Below, in pieces: positions 10,691 to 20,230 of a stretch of DNA of 46,171 nt (its first letter is position 1; each line of letters begins with the position of its first letter). The stretch comes from Candidatus Limnocylindrales bacterium (GTDB lineage: Bacteria; Moduliflexota; Moduliflexia; Moduliflexales; JAUQPW01). Both the position numbers and the translations under genes were made by a program. The stretch is from NCBI GenBank assembly GCA_035559535.1, contig DATMBG010000020.1, forward strand, positions 1 to 46,171, in the 5' to 3' direction. The notes beneath the pieces were generated by a model. It searched no databases. It was given only the letters and a program-made list of their open reading frames with translations, and was not told where the DNA came from.

Positions 10691-11422
10691 TTATTTAGAA
10701 TAATCTATCACTTCTGCCTCTTTAGGAACTTTAAAGTCAAATACACTATCTGCTACGTGGGTATTGAGCTGGATAGAATGGAATTCAATGGTGGTCGTAT
10801 CTTCATTGTTCTCTAAAAGCTGAGTCTTAATTGGAAGCCAGAGGTCCTTATCAATCCAGAGGGTCATCTTGGAAAAGTAAGATGAGAGGTCCTTATTCTT
10901 AGGGATCAGTTCCAGGACGTACACGTCTTTTTGATTCACCTTATCAGCCCCGATTAAATTTACCTCATAGGAGTCTCGGATTTCGGCGGTCGTAGAACCA
11001 AATCCTAGAAGAAGAGATTCCGTCTGGGCTTTATCTTTGAGATTAACCTTTTGAACTTGTTTAATTTTAGGTGAGTATAACCAGGCAATGCCTTTATTGA
11101 TAGTCAGCTTGTCGGAACTGGGTTTTTCAAACTCCCAGAGCATTTTCCCGCCTTTTTTGTAGGTCACTTTTCCGCTGGACTCGACCTTATCGTCAAATTG
11201 GGTAAAAACCTTAACCTGCCAAAAATCTGCTTTAAAATCGGTAAGATTTTTACCGGCCTGTTCCATCTGATCCAGAACATAGGAGAGCAGAGCTGCTTTA
11301 TCGTCAGCATCCGGCTCTTTTGACTTCCCAGAGATCTGGGCAAAGGCAGGACTCACCGTAAACAAAATTAAAAAAAGGATAATAATCATCAAGTTCTCTA
11401 TCCTCCATTTTACTTTAGTCAT
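10691..11422 (-). CDS. LolA-family outer-membrane lipoprotein carrier
   Basis: Signal peptide; ADFWQ..SSGKVTYKKGGKMLWEF..P, YSPKIKQV, FDFKVP; start overlaps upstream stop (ATGACTAA). Confidence 0.8.
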   Translation of the reverse strand: MTKVKWRIENLMIIILFLILFTVSPAFAQISGKSKEPDADDKAALLSYVLDQMEQAGKNLTDFKADFWQVKVFTQFDDKVESSGKVTYKKGGKMLWEFEKPSSDKLTINKGIAWLYSPKIKQVQKVNLKDKAQTESLLLGFGSTTAEIRDSYEVNLIGADKVNQKDVYVLELIPKNKDLSSYFSKMTLWIDKDLWLPIKTQLLENNEDTTTIEFHSIQLNTHVADSVFDFKVPKEAEVIDYSK

Positions 11423-12101
11423 TGATAATTTGCCCATCCCGCATTTTAATAATACGATGGGCCTTGGACGCGACTTCTCGATCATGGGTAATTAAGACAA
11501 TGGTTTGACCGAGTTGTTTATTCAAATCCATGAACAACTTAAGAATTGCAGCAGAGTTACCGGAGTCCAGGTTGCCGGTAGGTTCATCTGCAAGTACCAG
11601 GCTGGGTTTATTAATAAGGGCTCTGGCAATAGCGACCCGTTGTTGTTCCCCAATGGAAAGTTCGATAGGTCTATGATGCGATTTATTTTTCAAACCGACC
11701 AGGCTTAGCATATTCAAAACTTCTGATTTGCTTATGCCGTTACGAATGCCGTTTATTTTTAAAGCCATCTCAACATTTCCAAAAGCTGTCAGGGTTGGAA
11801 GCAAATTGAATCGTTGAAAAACAAAACCGACTTTCTCTCGCCGGATTCTGGTTAACTCACAATCCCTGGCCTGGGATAAATCCATGTCATCCAGAATAAC
11901 CTGGCCAGAGGTGGGATGCAGCAGGCCTCCCAATACGTGGAGGAGGGTTGATTTACCACATCCTGAAGGTCCCATAATGGCTACAAACTCCCCTTCCTGA
12001 ACTTCCATATGGATACCCCGAAGAGCCGGAACGATAACCTTCCCTATCTGATAATCCACCTTGAGGTCGATGGCTTTTAAAATCGTCTTCATACTATTCA
12101 T
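11415..12101 (-). CDS. LolD/MacB-type ABC ATPase
   Basis: GPSGCGKST, GFVFQRFNL, LSIGEQQR, LADEPTGNLD. Confidence 0.92.
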   Translation of the reverse strand: MNSMKTILKAIDLKVDYQIGKVIVPALRGIHMEVQEGEFVAIMGPSGCGKSTLLHVLGGLLHPTSGQVILDDMDLSQARDCELTRIRREKVGFVFQRFNLLPTLTAFGNVEMALKINGIRNGISKSEVLNMLSLVGLKNKSHHRPIELSIGEQQRVAIARALINKPSLVLADEPTGNLDSGNSAAILKLFMDLNKQLGQTIVLITHDREVASKAHRIIKMRDGQIIND

Positions 12102-13191
12102 ATCTGAGAGCTACGATAGGGTCTAATTTCACGGCCCGGAAAGCAGGATAAAAAGAACCCAACAGACCACCCAAGGTCCCTACGAGCCCAGAGATTAAAA
12201 TCCAGGAAAGCGTAATTTCGATGTTGAGAAGGGGATAAAAAGTTTGAATAATCTTTTTCGCCGCAAAAGCTAAACCATAACCGACCAGGACGCCCGCCAC
12301 GCAGAGCAATACAGACTCCAGAATAATATTACCCATGATAAACCCCTTGGAGGCACCCATTGCTTTCAAGATTCCTATTTCACGGGTGCGTTCCAGAATC
12401 GTTGTATACATGGCCAGAAGGATAACTAAAAAACTAATGAACAGGGTTGCAGACGTAATTCCCATGAGCAACTCATTTAGTCCCACAATGTTCTCCATCA
12501 TGGTTTCTACAAAGGTTTCCAAAATATACGCTTTTAAACCTTTTACCTGCTGTTCGATTTCATTGGCTACCTGCTTGATTTGACTTAGAGATTCTGCCTT
12601 CACAAAAAATAAAGAAACCCGTCCTTCTTCATCCATAGCCTTTTGAAGGGTTTCCAAAGGCATAAAAATTCTGGCTCCGACACCGGCCTTACTGATTCCT
12701 ACTATAGTATAGGAAGTACCCAAAAGATCTAAAGTGGATCCCACATCTAGATGATGAGCTTCTGCCAGTCGACTATCTACCACAATCTCTTCCCCTTGTT
12801 GGACCATGCGCCCTTTCAAAATTTCCAGATGGTTTCCAACCTGATTAAAACTCTCAGGTTGTATCCCATAAACGAGATTAATACTTCCCTGGATCGATGC
12901 CGTCCAGGTTATAACTGGAGTCACCGCCTTGACCCCAGGAACAGCCTGAATTTTCTCCTGTAACTTGATGGGAATGACCCCACTTTTTAAACCCAAAAAC
13001 ACAGAAGAATCTGCGCGCTGAACCAAAATATCTGCACCAATATTCTCGATCCGTCGGGCCGTATCGTTTACCGTGCCTTTCGCCATACCGATCAAAATGA
13101 GCAACATGGTAATACCCAGGGCAACGGCGAGGATACTAATCAGGCTGCGAACCCTCCGCTGTAAAATATTGGATAAAGGTAGATTAGCCAT
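12094..13191 (-). CDS. MacB/LolCE-type (FtsX-domain) ABC permease
   Basis: 1+3 TM topology, ERTREIGILKAMGA, PAFRAVKLDPIVALRYE; start at ATG 13191. Confidence 0.92.
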   Translation of the reverse strand: MANLPLSNILQRRVRSLISILAVALGITMLLILIGMAKGTVNDTARRIENIGADILVQRADSSVFLGLKSGVIPIKLQEKIQAVPGVKAVTPVITWTASIQGSINLVYGIQPESFNQVGNHLEILKGRMVQQGEEIVVDSRLAEAHHLDVGSTLDLLGTSYTIVGISKAGVGARIFMPLETLQKAMDEEGRVSLFFVKAESLSQIKQVANEIEQQVKGLKAYILETFVETMMENIVGLNELLMGITSATLFISFLVILLAMYTTILERTREIGILKAMGASKGFIMGNIILESVLLCVAGVLVGYGLAFAAKKIIQTFYPLLNIEITLSWILISGLVGTLGGLLGSFYPAFRAVKLDPIVALRYE

Positions 13192-13300
13192 AACATGGCG
13201 GGCAGCAAGGGGTGAGCAGGGAGTATGAGACCAACCGATGGTCATTACAGATCTTATCTTGTAGTTTCTTCCTATTTTTTCTACCCACTACCCGCTGCCT

Positions 13301-14158
13301 TTAATTCTCTAATTCGACCACCTTATGATCCTTAGGTAAAGAGAAGGTAAACATCTTGGGATTCAAATCGGTATTGATTTCAACCTCCCGAAAGATTAAA
13401 GCTACTTCAATGCCTTCCCAAGGTCTTTGAATCGTCACCCGATAAGGGAACTGGATTTTTTCGACCTTTTCATAGTTGTCGTAGGTAACATCACCGACCA
13501 ACGCACTTTTTTCATTAAAAGATTGATAACGTCGAATCCTCAAAGTTTTATGCTCAATAAATATACGGCGCCGGAGATAATATCCAGAACCTGCTTCCCC
13601 CCGATCCCCTATATTAAGAATGTAAGCCCCCGGTACGACTTCCATATAAATAAAGTGGGAGGTCTCCTCAGGAGTTATTTCTTCAAGGAGTAAGGCATCT
13701 ACCAGGTGGTAGGGACGTAATCTGTAAAGAGGATTTTCCTGCTGGGTATTTGAACTCCGAGGGTGATTCTTCCCTACAAAGACTTCTCTTTTAGATGGAA
13801 TATAAAGCCAAAATTGGATTCCATCGGAAACCATTGTAAAAAAAGTAGGTAGTAATTCTTTGAAGCTTATCAATAAAACCTTATCCGGACGTTCAACAGC
13901 CAGCTTGGCCTGAATACTTTGTTTTTTTTCTGCACCTACACTTTTAAAATCTATAAAGATAGACGATTTTAAATTATAAATAGACCGAGCTTGTGTATTA
14001 ACGATCGAGATTAATTTATCGAGGGGAACCTCCTGGTAGTCTTTAAAAGTCTTGATTTCTTTCAGAGAGGTATTTTTTGAACTCGCACAACCCAAAACTC
14101 CTATCCAGGTAAAGATTAAAAAGCTATAAAACAACCCGATATTTTGGAATTTTTTCAT
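13301..14158 (-). CDS. Lipoprotein with probable LolA/LolB-like fold (DUF4292-like)
   Basis: Lipobox VLGC; RPDK..SDGIQFWLYIP and FTFSLP resemble the LolA-like family. Confidence 0.6.
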   Translation of the reverse strand: MKKFQNIGLFYSFLIFTWIGVLGCASSKNTSLKEIKTFKDYQEVPLDKLISIVNTQARSIYNLKSSIFIDFKSVGAEKKQSIQAKLAVERPDKVLLISFKELLPTFFTMVSDGIQFWLYIPSKREVFVGKNHPRSSNTQQENPLYRLRPYHLVDALLLEEITPEETSHFIYMEVVPGAYILNIGDRGEAGSGYYLRRRIFIEHKTLRIRRYQSFNEKSALVGDVTYDNYEKVEKIQFPYRVTIQRPWEGIEVALIFREVEINTDLNPKMFTFSLPKDHKVVELEN

Positions 14159-14340
14159 TTTAAGATCATGGGGCAGATTCGTTTTTCAAAGAAAAGGGTT
14201 TCTCAGCTTCATAGTTCTTGATAAAACTCTTTTTCCTACATAAACCGATTTGGTATATTTTTAACATCGTCCCATGGATTGTGTCAAGGGATTTGCTATT
14301 TCAATTGACAATCTTTAAAAAAGTCTTAACAATGAATCCC

Positions 14341-14871
14341 ATGAATTCTAAGATACTTCCTTATGTTGTTTTGCGGCCCGGTTCGAAAAATCGCTTTTCG
14401 GCTTATCGTATATACTTTCTGGGCTTTTCTCAGCGGGGTAAAGTTTTTCTCTTAGGGGTCATTTTAACAGGAGTTTGCATGGGTTGTACCGTCCCACCTC
14501 CTGGTCCCATTACACCGACCAATACCCCTCCGGAATTAAGCGATTTCATTTTTCCCAGTCTGTACCGGGATATTTTTTTGAATAAAAATATCTATTATTT
14601 TCCAGGAGCCAGGGTCTCTTATAAAGACCCGGAAGCTAACCTGAGTCAGCTTATTCTTACTTTCCGACAAGGGATTACTTCCAGCTCTCTCATAGGTCAG
14701 GTGGTTACCTATTCTACCACTGGGACCCTGGCCCTGAACGGATTTGTAAGAAATATCGGAAGTCCAGGCCTGGATGTCTTCTCCCCCGGTACGGTTACGG
14801 TGAGCATTCAGGCTATAGACCGTGCAGGAGCTCGAAGCAATGTGCTAACCACGACCTTTGTACTATTGTAA
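14341..14871 (+). CDS. Hypothetical exported lipoprotein, possibly small Ig-like domain
   Basis: Hydrophobic stretch then CMGC, Pro-rich linker, NTPP..., VSIQAIDRAGARSN; start uncertain (14218/14332/14341). Confidence 0.6.
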   Translation: MNSKILPYVVLRPGSKNRFSAYRIYFLGFSQRGKVFLLGVILTGVCMGCTVPPPGPITPTNTPPELSDFIFPSLYRDIFLNKNIYYFPGARVSYKDPEANLSQLILTFRQGITSSSLIGQVVTYSTTGTLALNGFVRNIGSPGLDVFSPGTVTVSIQAIDRAGARSNVLTTTFVLL

Positions 14872-14887
14872 GTGGAGGAAATCCAAG

Positions 14888-17800
14888 ATGAGATTCCCTG
14901 AAGAAATTATCCAAACCTATCCCTACCCTCTGGCCGTATCTGCCAGTCGGGTAAACAATGCAACCCAAAGCATGGAGGAGTATCTATGCCTGGTTAGCCT
15001 GTTTGAAACGAGTTTAAAATATCTCGCTTCTGTGAGTTTAAGTCATTATCTTCAGGATGAGATCGTAGATGAAGGGATCCAGGAACAGTTAAAAAAACTA
15101 TTACGCCCGACCCCAGGAGCATGGAACGATATTTTGCGAGCCTGCATACGTTTTTATACCCATACCCTTCATAAACCTTCCCTGATATCTGAACTATGTA
15201 AAATATATACGACCCGACTACTCCATCGAGATCCTGGAACTCAGGAAATACTCGTGTGGTTTCGTTTCATGGCTAAATACCTTAAGGAAAAGGAAAAAGT
15301 AGTCCAGAAACATGTTTCCCTACAGCAGGTTTTAGACCTGATGGTTCAATACCATCACAAAATCTGGGGTCATAGAGTTCAACCCCTTACCCCTAAGTTT
15401 TGCGAAAAACATGTGGAATACTTTCGGACCGGCATGCAGGGAATATTAAAACGAATAGCTTTTTTGACCCGTTATCCACTACGATATATTAAAGAAGTCC
15501 GGCAAATCAAGGATCAGAATTGCCATATCCTGTTCCATTATATGGGGGTAGCGAGGCGACAAAGTGAATGGTATACGGATTTAAGTATCCCGGAAGGAAG
15601 GTTATACCTGTGTGATGAACAAGGGGTACCCGGATTAACCCTTTATCCTTTATGTGTTATCTATCACGGTCATGTTTACATGTTAGAGTATGATAGGCAA
15701 GAGAAGGGCCTCCGCTATAGAGATTGTGAGACGGGAGAATTTTTGGGGTCGGCTTCGCTCTCTCGTTCTTCCCTTTTCCAGTTGATAGGTACTCCTGCCA
15801 ACAAACTGGATGAGTTAGAATTACCCGTTCCACCAGAGCCAGAGGAGGATGGACTGGAGATCGATGAAACTCCCTTCAAACCTTTCCTGGGTGAACTACT
15901 GGCCCAGTTTAACGAGGAAGGACGCCAGGCCCTGGAGATGGCATTGGGTGAAGCGCTCCGTATCGGTCACTTCTGGTTAGGAGTTGAATTTTTACTCATG
16001 GCCCTTTCCAGGCAAGATGGGAGACCTCTGAGTGATTTGTTACATGGAATAGGACTAAGCCGAAGCCATTTCCGGGGTGTGCTGCGGGGTGTGGTGGGCA
16101 TTGCGACCCGTGAAGATTGGAGTCAAATGAATGCGATCGCTTTGGGGAGAAAAGCTCTTCCTAAATTAAAAGAAGCCAGGCCTACAATCATGAGGAGGGG
16201 TTTTAATTCTGAGGATAAACCCTTCCCTGTGATTACTCCGCGGATGAAGACTGTCTTACAAGAGGCCGTTCAGTTGGCCGGAAATGGGAAAGCCGGGCAT
16301 ATTCAATTGTTATCTGCAGCTTTACAGCATACCCAATGCCTGGCCGTTAATCTGTTGTTGAGGCAGATAGCCGAATCCGGTCAGGATTTGAAAGAATTTC
16401 TCAACTGGGTTAAACAGCTTGCAAACCATGGAGATCGTGTACCCAGTAAGATCGTAAAATCTCCTATAGAATTGCCCAAACAAGGGCCAGGACCCAATGC
16501 CCGTGCCTCACAATTACCTCTACCACCTCTCCTGCGAAATAAAGGCCTGCTGGATAGATATGGACGTGACTTAACTGCAGAAGCGCGGGCCGGTAGACTC
16601 CACCCGGCTATCGGGGTAGACGGAATCCTACGACGCCTGAAACGTATTTTGATCCAGCGAGAGAACAACAATCCTTTACTCATCGGGGAACCGGGGGTAG
16701 GTAAGACGGCCATTGTCGAAGGATTAGCCTACGAATGGGTCTATCAAGGTTCAGAATTACCAGAATTGTCCGGTAAGCGTATCGTTGAGCTTTCGATCAA
16801 CGGCCTGATTGCAGGTACTAAATATCGGGGCGAACTGGAAGAACGGATTGAGCAGATCCTGGCAGAAGTCAAAGCGGCACCCGATGTGATCATCTTTATC
16901 GACGAAATTCATACCGTTTTGGGTGGTGGGGGGGATAGCAGCACGAACCTGGCCAATATACTCAAACCGGCTTTGGCCAGAGGTGAATTTCCCTGTATCG
17001 GTGCAACGACCATAGCCGAATACCGCAAGTATATCGAAAAAGACCCGGCCTTGAGCCGACGTTTCGAAACCATCGTGGTAGAAGAACCCAGTATGGAAGA
17101 TACCATAAAGATCTTAAAAGGTCTTCAACAGGGCTTTGAAGACCATTATGGGATCCCTATTACCCAAAGTGGGATAGAGGCTGCGGTTCGGCTTTCAGTT
17201 CGCTATTTACCCGATGAGAGGCTACCGGCCAAGGCGATTAAACTTCTGGAACAGGCCGGAGCTTACACCAAACTTCCCTCATTGATTGATCTGGCGAGGG
17301 CAGACCGGGAAGAAATAACCCCCTCTCGCTTTAACGAGGTCAATGAAGATGTAATTCGTTACCTGCTGGCGCGAAAGACCGGAATTCCCCTGGAACGGTT
17401 AATGGGGGACGAGCTGGAGCGTATCAAAGGTATTGCAGAGGCGCTTCAAGCCCAGGTCATTGGACAGGATGAAGCCATCCAGGCCGTCGCTCAGGTTATT
17501 AAACGGGCACGAGCCGGATTGGGGAATCCCCTTCGACCTATTGGAGTATTTCTTTTTGTAGGACCAACCGGGGTTGGTAAAACCGAATTAGCCCGGGCAT
17601 TGGCCGGTTTTCTCTTTCATAACCGCGAAGCAATGATCCGCCTGGATATGTCAGAATATATGGAAAAACATCAGGTCTCCAGACTGATAGGTGCCCCACC
17701 CGGCTATGTAGGTTATGAGGAAGAGGGTCAACTCACGGGCCCGTTACGGTTGCGTCCCCATAGCGTCGTTTTATTGGATGAAATGGAAAAGGCCCACGAA

Positions 17801-18376
17801 GAGGTTCATAACCTCTTCTTACAACTCTTCGAAGAGGGCCGCCTGACCGACTCCAAGGGACGTACGGTGAGTGGTCGAGAAGCCATCTTTATTATGACCT
17901 CCAATGTCGGTTCAGAGGTATATCGCCAACAATCTATGGGTTTCCTCCCCAAGGAAAAATTGAGCCCGGAATGGCTCAAAGAAAAACAGGCCGGGATCGA
18001 AAAAGCACTCCGTATCAAATTTAAACCGGAGTTCCTCAATCGCATTGATCGGATAATCCACTTCAATCCTCTTACCTTGCCGGACGTCATCCGTATCTTC
18101 CAGTTGCAATTCGTGTCGATCCAGAAGCGATTACTGGATTACCATGAGATTCAACTCAAAATTACACCGGAAGCGGTTCAGTATGTCTGTGAAGAAGGCT
18201 ATGATACTTTAAACGGGGCCAGACCCCTAACCCGCGCCATGGATAGGCTGATTGTCGAACCGTTAACCGATTTGATCCTGGATGGAAAAATTAAGGCCTA
18301 CAACACCGTTACCATTCACTATGACGGTTCACAATTGACCTTTGAAAAAGGGTCGATCCCTGTAGAGATTCTGTGA
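14888..18376 (+). CDS. Hsp100/Clp ATPase (ClpA/ClpC-like) with extra ~330-aa N-terminal region
   Basis: Two Clp-N repeats; NBD1 [20 protein letters not shown]2 [24 protein letters not shown] loop; no ClpB M-domain; SD GGAGG before ATG 14888. Confidence 0.92.
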   Translation: MRFPEEIIQTYPYPLAVSASRVNNATQSMEEYLCLVSLFETSLKYLASVSLSHYLQDEIVDEGIQEQLKKLLRPTPGAWNDILRACIRFYTHTLHKPSLISELCKIYTTRLLHRDPGTQEILVWFRFMAKYLKEKEKVVQKHVSLQQVLDLMVQYHHKIWGHRVQPLTPKFCEKHVEYFRTGMQGILKRIAFLTRYPLRYIKEVRQIKDQNCHILFHYMGVARRQSEWYTDLSIPEGRLYLCDEQGVPGLTLYPLCVIYHGHVYMLEYDRQEKGLRYRDCETGEFLGSASLSRSSLFQLIGTPANKLDELELPVPPEPEEDGLEIDETPFKPFLGELLAQFNEEGRQALEMALGEALRIGHFWLGVEFLLMALSRQDGRPLSDLLHGIGLSRSHFRGVLRGVVGIATREDWSQMNAIALGRKALPKLKEARPTIMRRGFNSEDKPFPVITPRMKTVLQEAVQLAGNGKAGHIQLLSAALQHTQCLAVNLLLRQIAESGQDLKEFLNWVKQLANHGDRVPSKIVKSPIELPKQGPGPNARASQLPLPPLLRNKGLLDRYGRDLTAEARAGRLHPAIGVDGILRRLKRILIQRENNNPLLIGEPGVGKTAIVEGLAYEWVYQGSELPELSGKRIVELSINGLIAGTKYRGELEERIEQILAEVKAAPDVIIFIDEIHTVLGGGGDSSTNLANILKPALARGEFPCIGATTIAEYRKYIEKDPALSRRFETIVVEEPSMEDTIKILKGLQQGFEDHYGIPITQSGIEAAVRLSVRYLPDERLPAKAIKLLEQAGAYTKLPSLIDLARADREEITPSRFNEVNEDVIRYLLARKTGIPLERLMGDELERIKGIAEALQAQVIGQDEAIQAVAQVIKRARAGLGNPLRPIGVFLFVGPTGVGKTELARALAGFLFHNREAMIRLDMSEYMEKHQVSRLIGAPPGYVGYEEEGQLTGPLRLRPHSVVLLDEMEKAHEEVHNLFLQLFEEGRLTDSKGRTVSGREAIFIMTSNVGSEVYRQQSMGFLPKEKLSPEWLKEKQAGIEKALRIKFKPEFLNRIDRIIHFNPLTLPDVIRIFQLQFVSIQKRLLDYHEIQLKITPEAVQYVCEEGYDTLNGARPLTRAMDRLIVEPLTDLILDGKIKAYNTVTIHYDGSQLTFEKGSIPVEIL

Positions 18377-18696
18377 GGAGCACTAAACTTATTTTAGAAT
18401 TGCTTAATGGACCCCTGGACGGATATAAAGTTACCCTGGAAACCGAGACTTTCTGGAGCGGGAAAGGGGAAGGTCCTCTGGTTTTCCCCTGGGATATAGA
18501 ACTGGGTAATCCCCAGGCACGCTTCTTTTTTGAAGAAGGAAACTGGTGGCTGGAGAGCCTTCCTGCACGCCACGGGACCTATCGCCTGAATCGAGAAAAC
18601 CCTGAACGTATCGAAGGGAAAGTTAAACTAGAAACAGGAGATATCTTGAAGGCCAGTGGAACCTGGTTACTGGTAAGTCAGATTAAACAAGACTAA
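18373..18696 (+). CDS. Small FHA-fold protein (degenerate)
   Basis: LELLNGPLDG..., WWLESLPARHGTY, LETGDIL pattern; GTGA overlap with the Clp stop. Confidence 0.7.
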   Translation: MRSTKLILELLNGPLDGYKVTLETETFWSGKGEGPLVFPWDIELGNPQARFFFEEGNWWLESLPARHGTYRLNRENPERIEGKVKLETGDILKASGTWLLVSQIKQD

Positions 18697-19072
18697 AAAA
18701 TTATCCCAAAACTCCTGGAAATTAAATCGATAGGGATAATCCCATTTCCGTATTGGGACGCAGCATAACTGGTAGAAGCAATTCCAGGGGCATTGAGCTC
18801 ATACTAGGTCGACATTGAAATAGAATCGAAAGGACCAGGACAACTCCTCCCTCTTTGCTTTCAATAGGGTACCTTTTTACTAAATATAATAACTTATTTA
18901 CTAGATCAAGTTGTCATGCAAGCTAACCTGCGTTAAGCTCCTAGTAGGGTCCAGAACGTGAGACAACCTTGAACCTTATATGGATCCTGATTGATCAACG
19001 GTTGAATTGTTAGAATTACTTTCTCAGAGTATCTGTTTCCATTTAGTAGGTAGCGGAATGATTCATTTCCTT

Positions 19073-19312
19073 CTCGTTCCCAGGCTCTGCCTTAATGACA
19101 TTAAGTTAAGGGTTCAAGGCCCCCTTACATTCCCCCGCATGCGGGTGAAGAGGGGGGGTGTCCTGCTAAACAAGGTTGTCCCTGATGAAGCTTTGGAATT
19201 TTAGACAGGATCTGTTGGACTGTAAACAGGACGTTCCTGACGGAGCTAAAGGTTCTTCAGTCTTACTCTTTGTTCTTAACTTAACGGCCTTGAGGTTCTG
19301 CCTGGGAACGAG
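19073..19312. repeat. REP-like palindrome split by the MITE
   Basis: Empty site reconstructs as CTCGTTCCCAGGC-TCT-GCCTGGGAACGAG (13-bp stem). Confidence 0.75.
19093..19292. mobile_element. 200-bp IS4-family-like MITE
   Basis: 18-bp TIRs TAATGACATTAAGTTAAG / CTTAACTTAACGGCCTTG (14/18); 11-bp TSD AGGCTCTGCCT / AGGTTCTGCCT. Confidence 0.8.
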
Positions 19313-19475
19313 GGGGCTAGCAAAAATTATCCATTACCTACCAAACGGATACAGATACCTTTCTGAGAGAAATACTTGACAGGAAAATTCATTTATGAAA
19401 TAACACATATGAATTCCTTCGATCCGAATTGATTTAAAGTATCCGGACCATTAAATGCATATAGGAGTGTATCCT

Positions 19476-20174
19476 ATGGAATATCGCTTTACCATCAAAG
19501 AAATGCCTGAAGATGAAAGGCCTCGAGAGCGGCTGGCGAGTTTCGGACCTGAAGCCCTCTCCAACCATGAACTTCTGGCCATTATTCTTTCGACCGGATA
19601 TAAAGCAGGTGGAAGGACTTACACGGCGCTGGAACTGGCTACGCAACTCCTGAATCATTTTGGAAGCCTGAAAGAATTGGCTAAGGCAAGTTTTGAAGAA
19701 CTGTGTAAACTTCCCGGCGTAGGTCCTGCCAAAGCCTGCCAGATCAAAAGCGCCTTTGAACTGGGAAATCGTGTAGCCTTGTCGGGTGGGGAACCCAAAC
19801 CTGTCATCAAAAGACCTCAGGATGTGGTTCAGTATTTTAAAAATCGAATGAGCCTGCTCAAAAAAGAGGAGTTCGTTGTAGCGATTCTGGATACCAAGAA
19901 TAAGCTGGTTAAAGATGTGGTAATCTCTCGAGGGACCTTAAACGCTTCCATTGTCCATCCTCGGGATGTTTTTAATGTAGCGGTAACCCACATGGCCAGC
20001 GCCCTCATCCTTCTCCACAATCATCCTTCCGGAGACCCCTCTCCAAGTGGAGAGGACATCGAAATTACCCGACGATTGGCCGAAGTCGGAAAACTGATGG
20101 GAATTGAAGTTCTGGATCATATCATCATTGGAGATGGAAACTACGCAAGCCTGAAGGAGATGAAGCTTTTCTAA
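19476..20174 (+). CDS. radC: RadC-family JAB-domain protein
   Basis: RPRERL..GPEALSNHELLA, HhH GVGPAKA, HNHPSGDPSPSGED; SD AGGAG. Confidence 0.95.
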   Translation: MEYRFTIKEMPEDERPRERLASFGPEALSNHELLAIILSTGYKAGGRTYTALELATQLLNHFGSLKELAKASFEELCKLPGVGPAKACQIKSAFELGNRVALSGGEPKPVIKRPQDVVQYFKNRMSLLKKEEFVVAILDTKNKLVKDVVISRGTLNASIVHPRDVFNVAVTHMASALILLHNHPSGDPSPSGEDIEITRRLAEVGKLMGIEVLDHIIIGDGNYASLKEMKLF

Positions 20175-20230
20175 ATTCTAACATCCTCTCTAGGGTTACC
20201 TGCAAGACAGTCTTTTTTAAAGCGAATTTG

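Noticed and set aside
14888-18696. T6SS ClpV plus Fha
   Set aside because: No hcp, vgrG or tss genes in the window; the MGF loop and extra N-terminal domain are not ClpV features
18967-19119. 6S RNA suggested by CCTTGAACC...GGTTCAAGG
   Set aside because: The second half lies inside the MITE; no rod structure with a central bubble
19007-19379. Two short ORFs (65 and 67 aa)
   Set aside because: They span the MITE and palindrome and show no coding features
19476-20174. radC as a marker of an integrative element
   Set aside because: Full-length chromosomal type; no integrase or att site nearby
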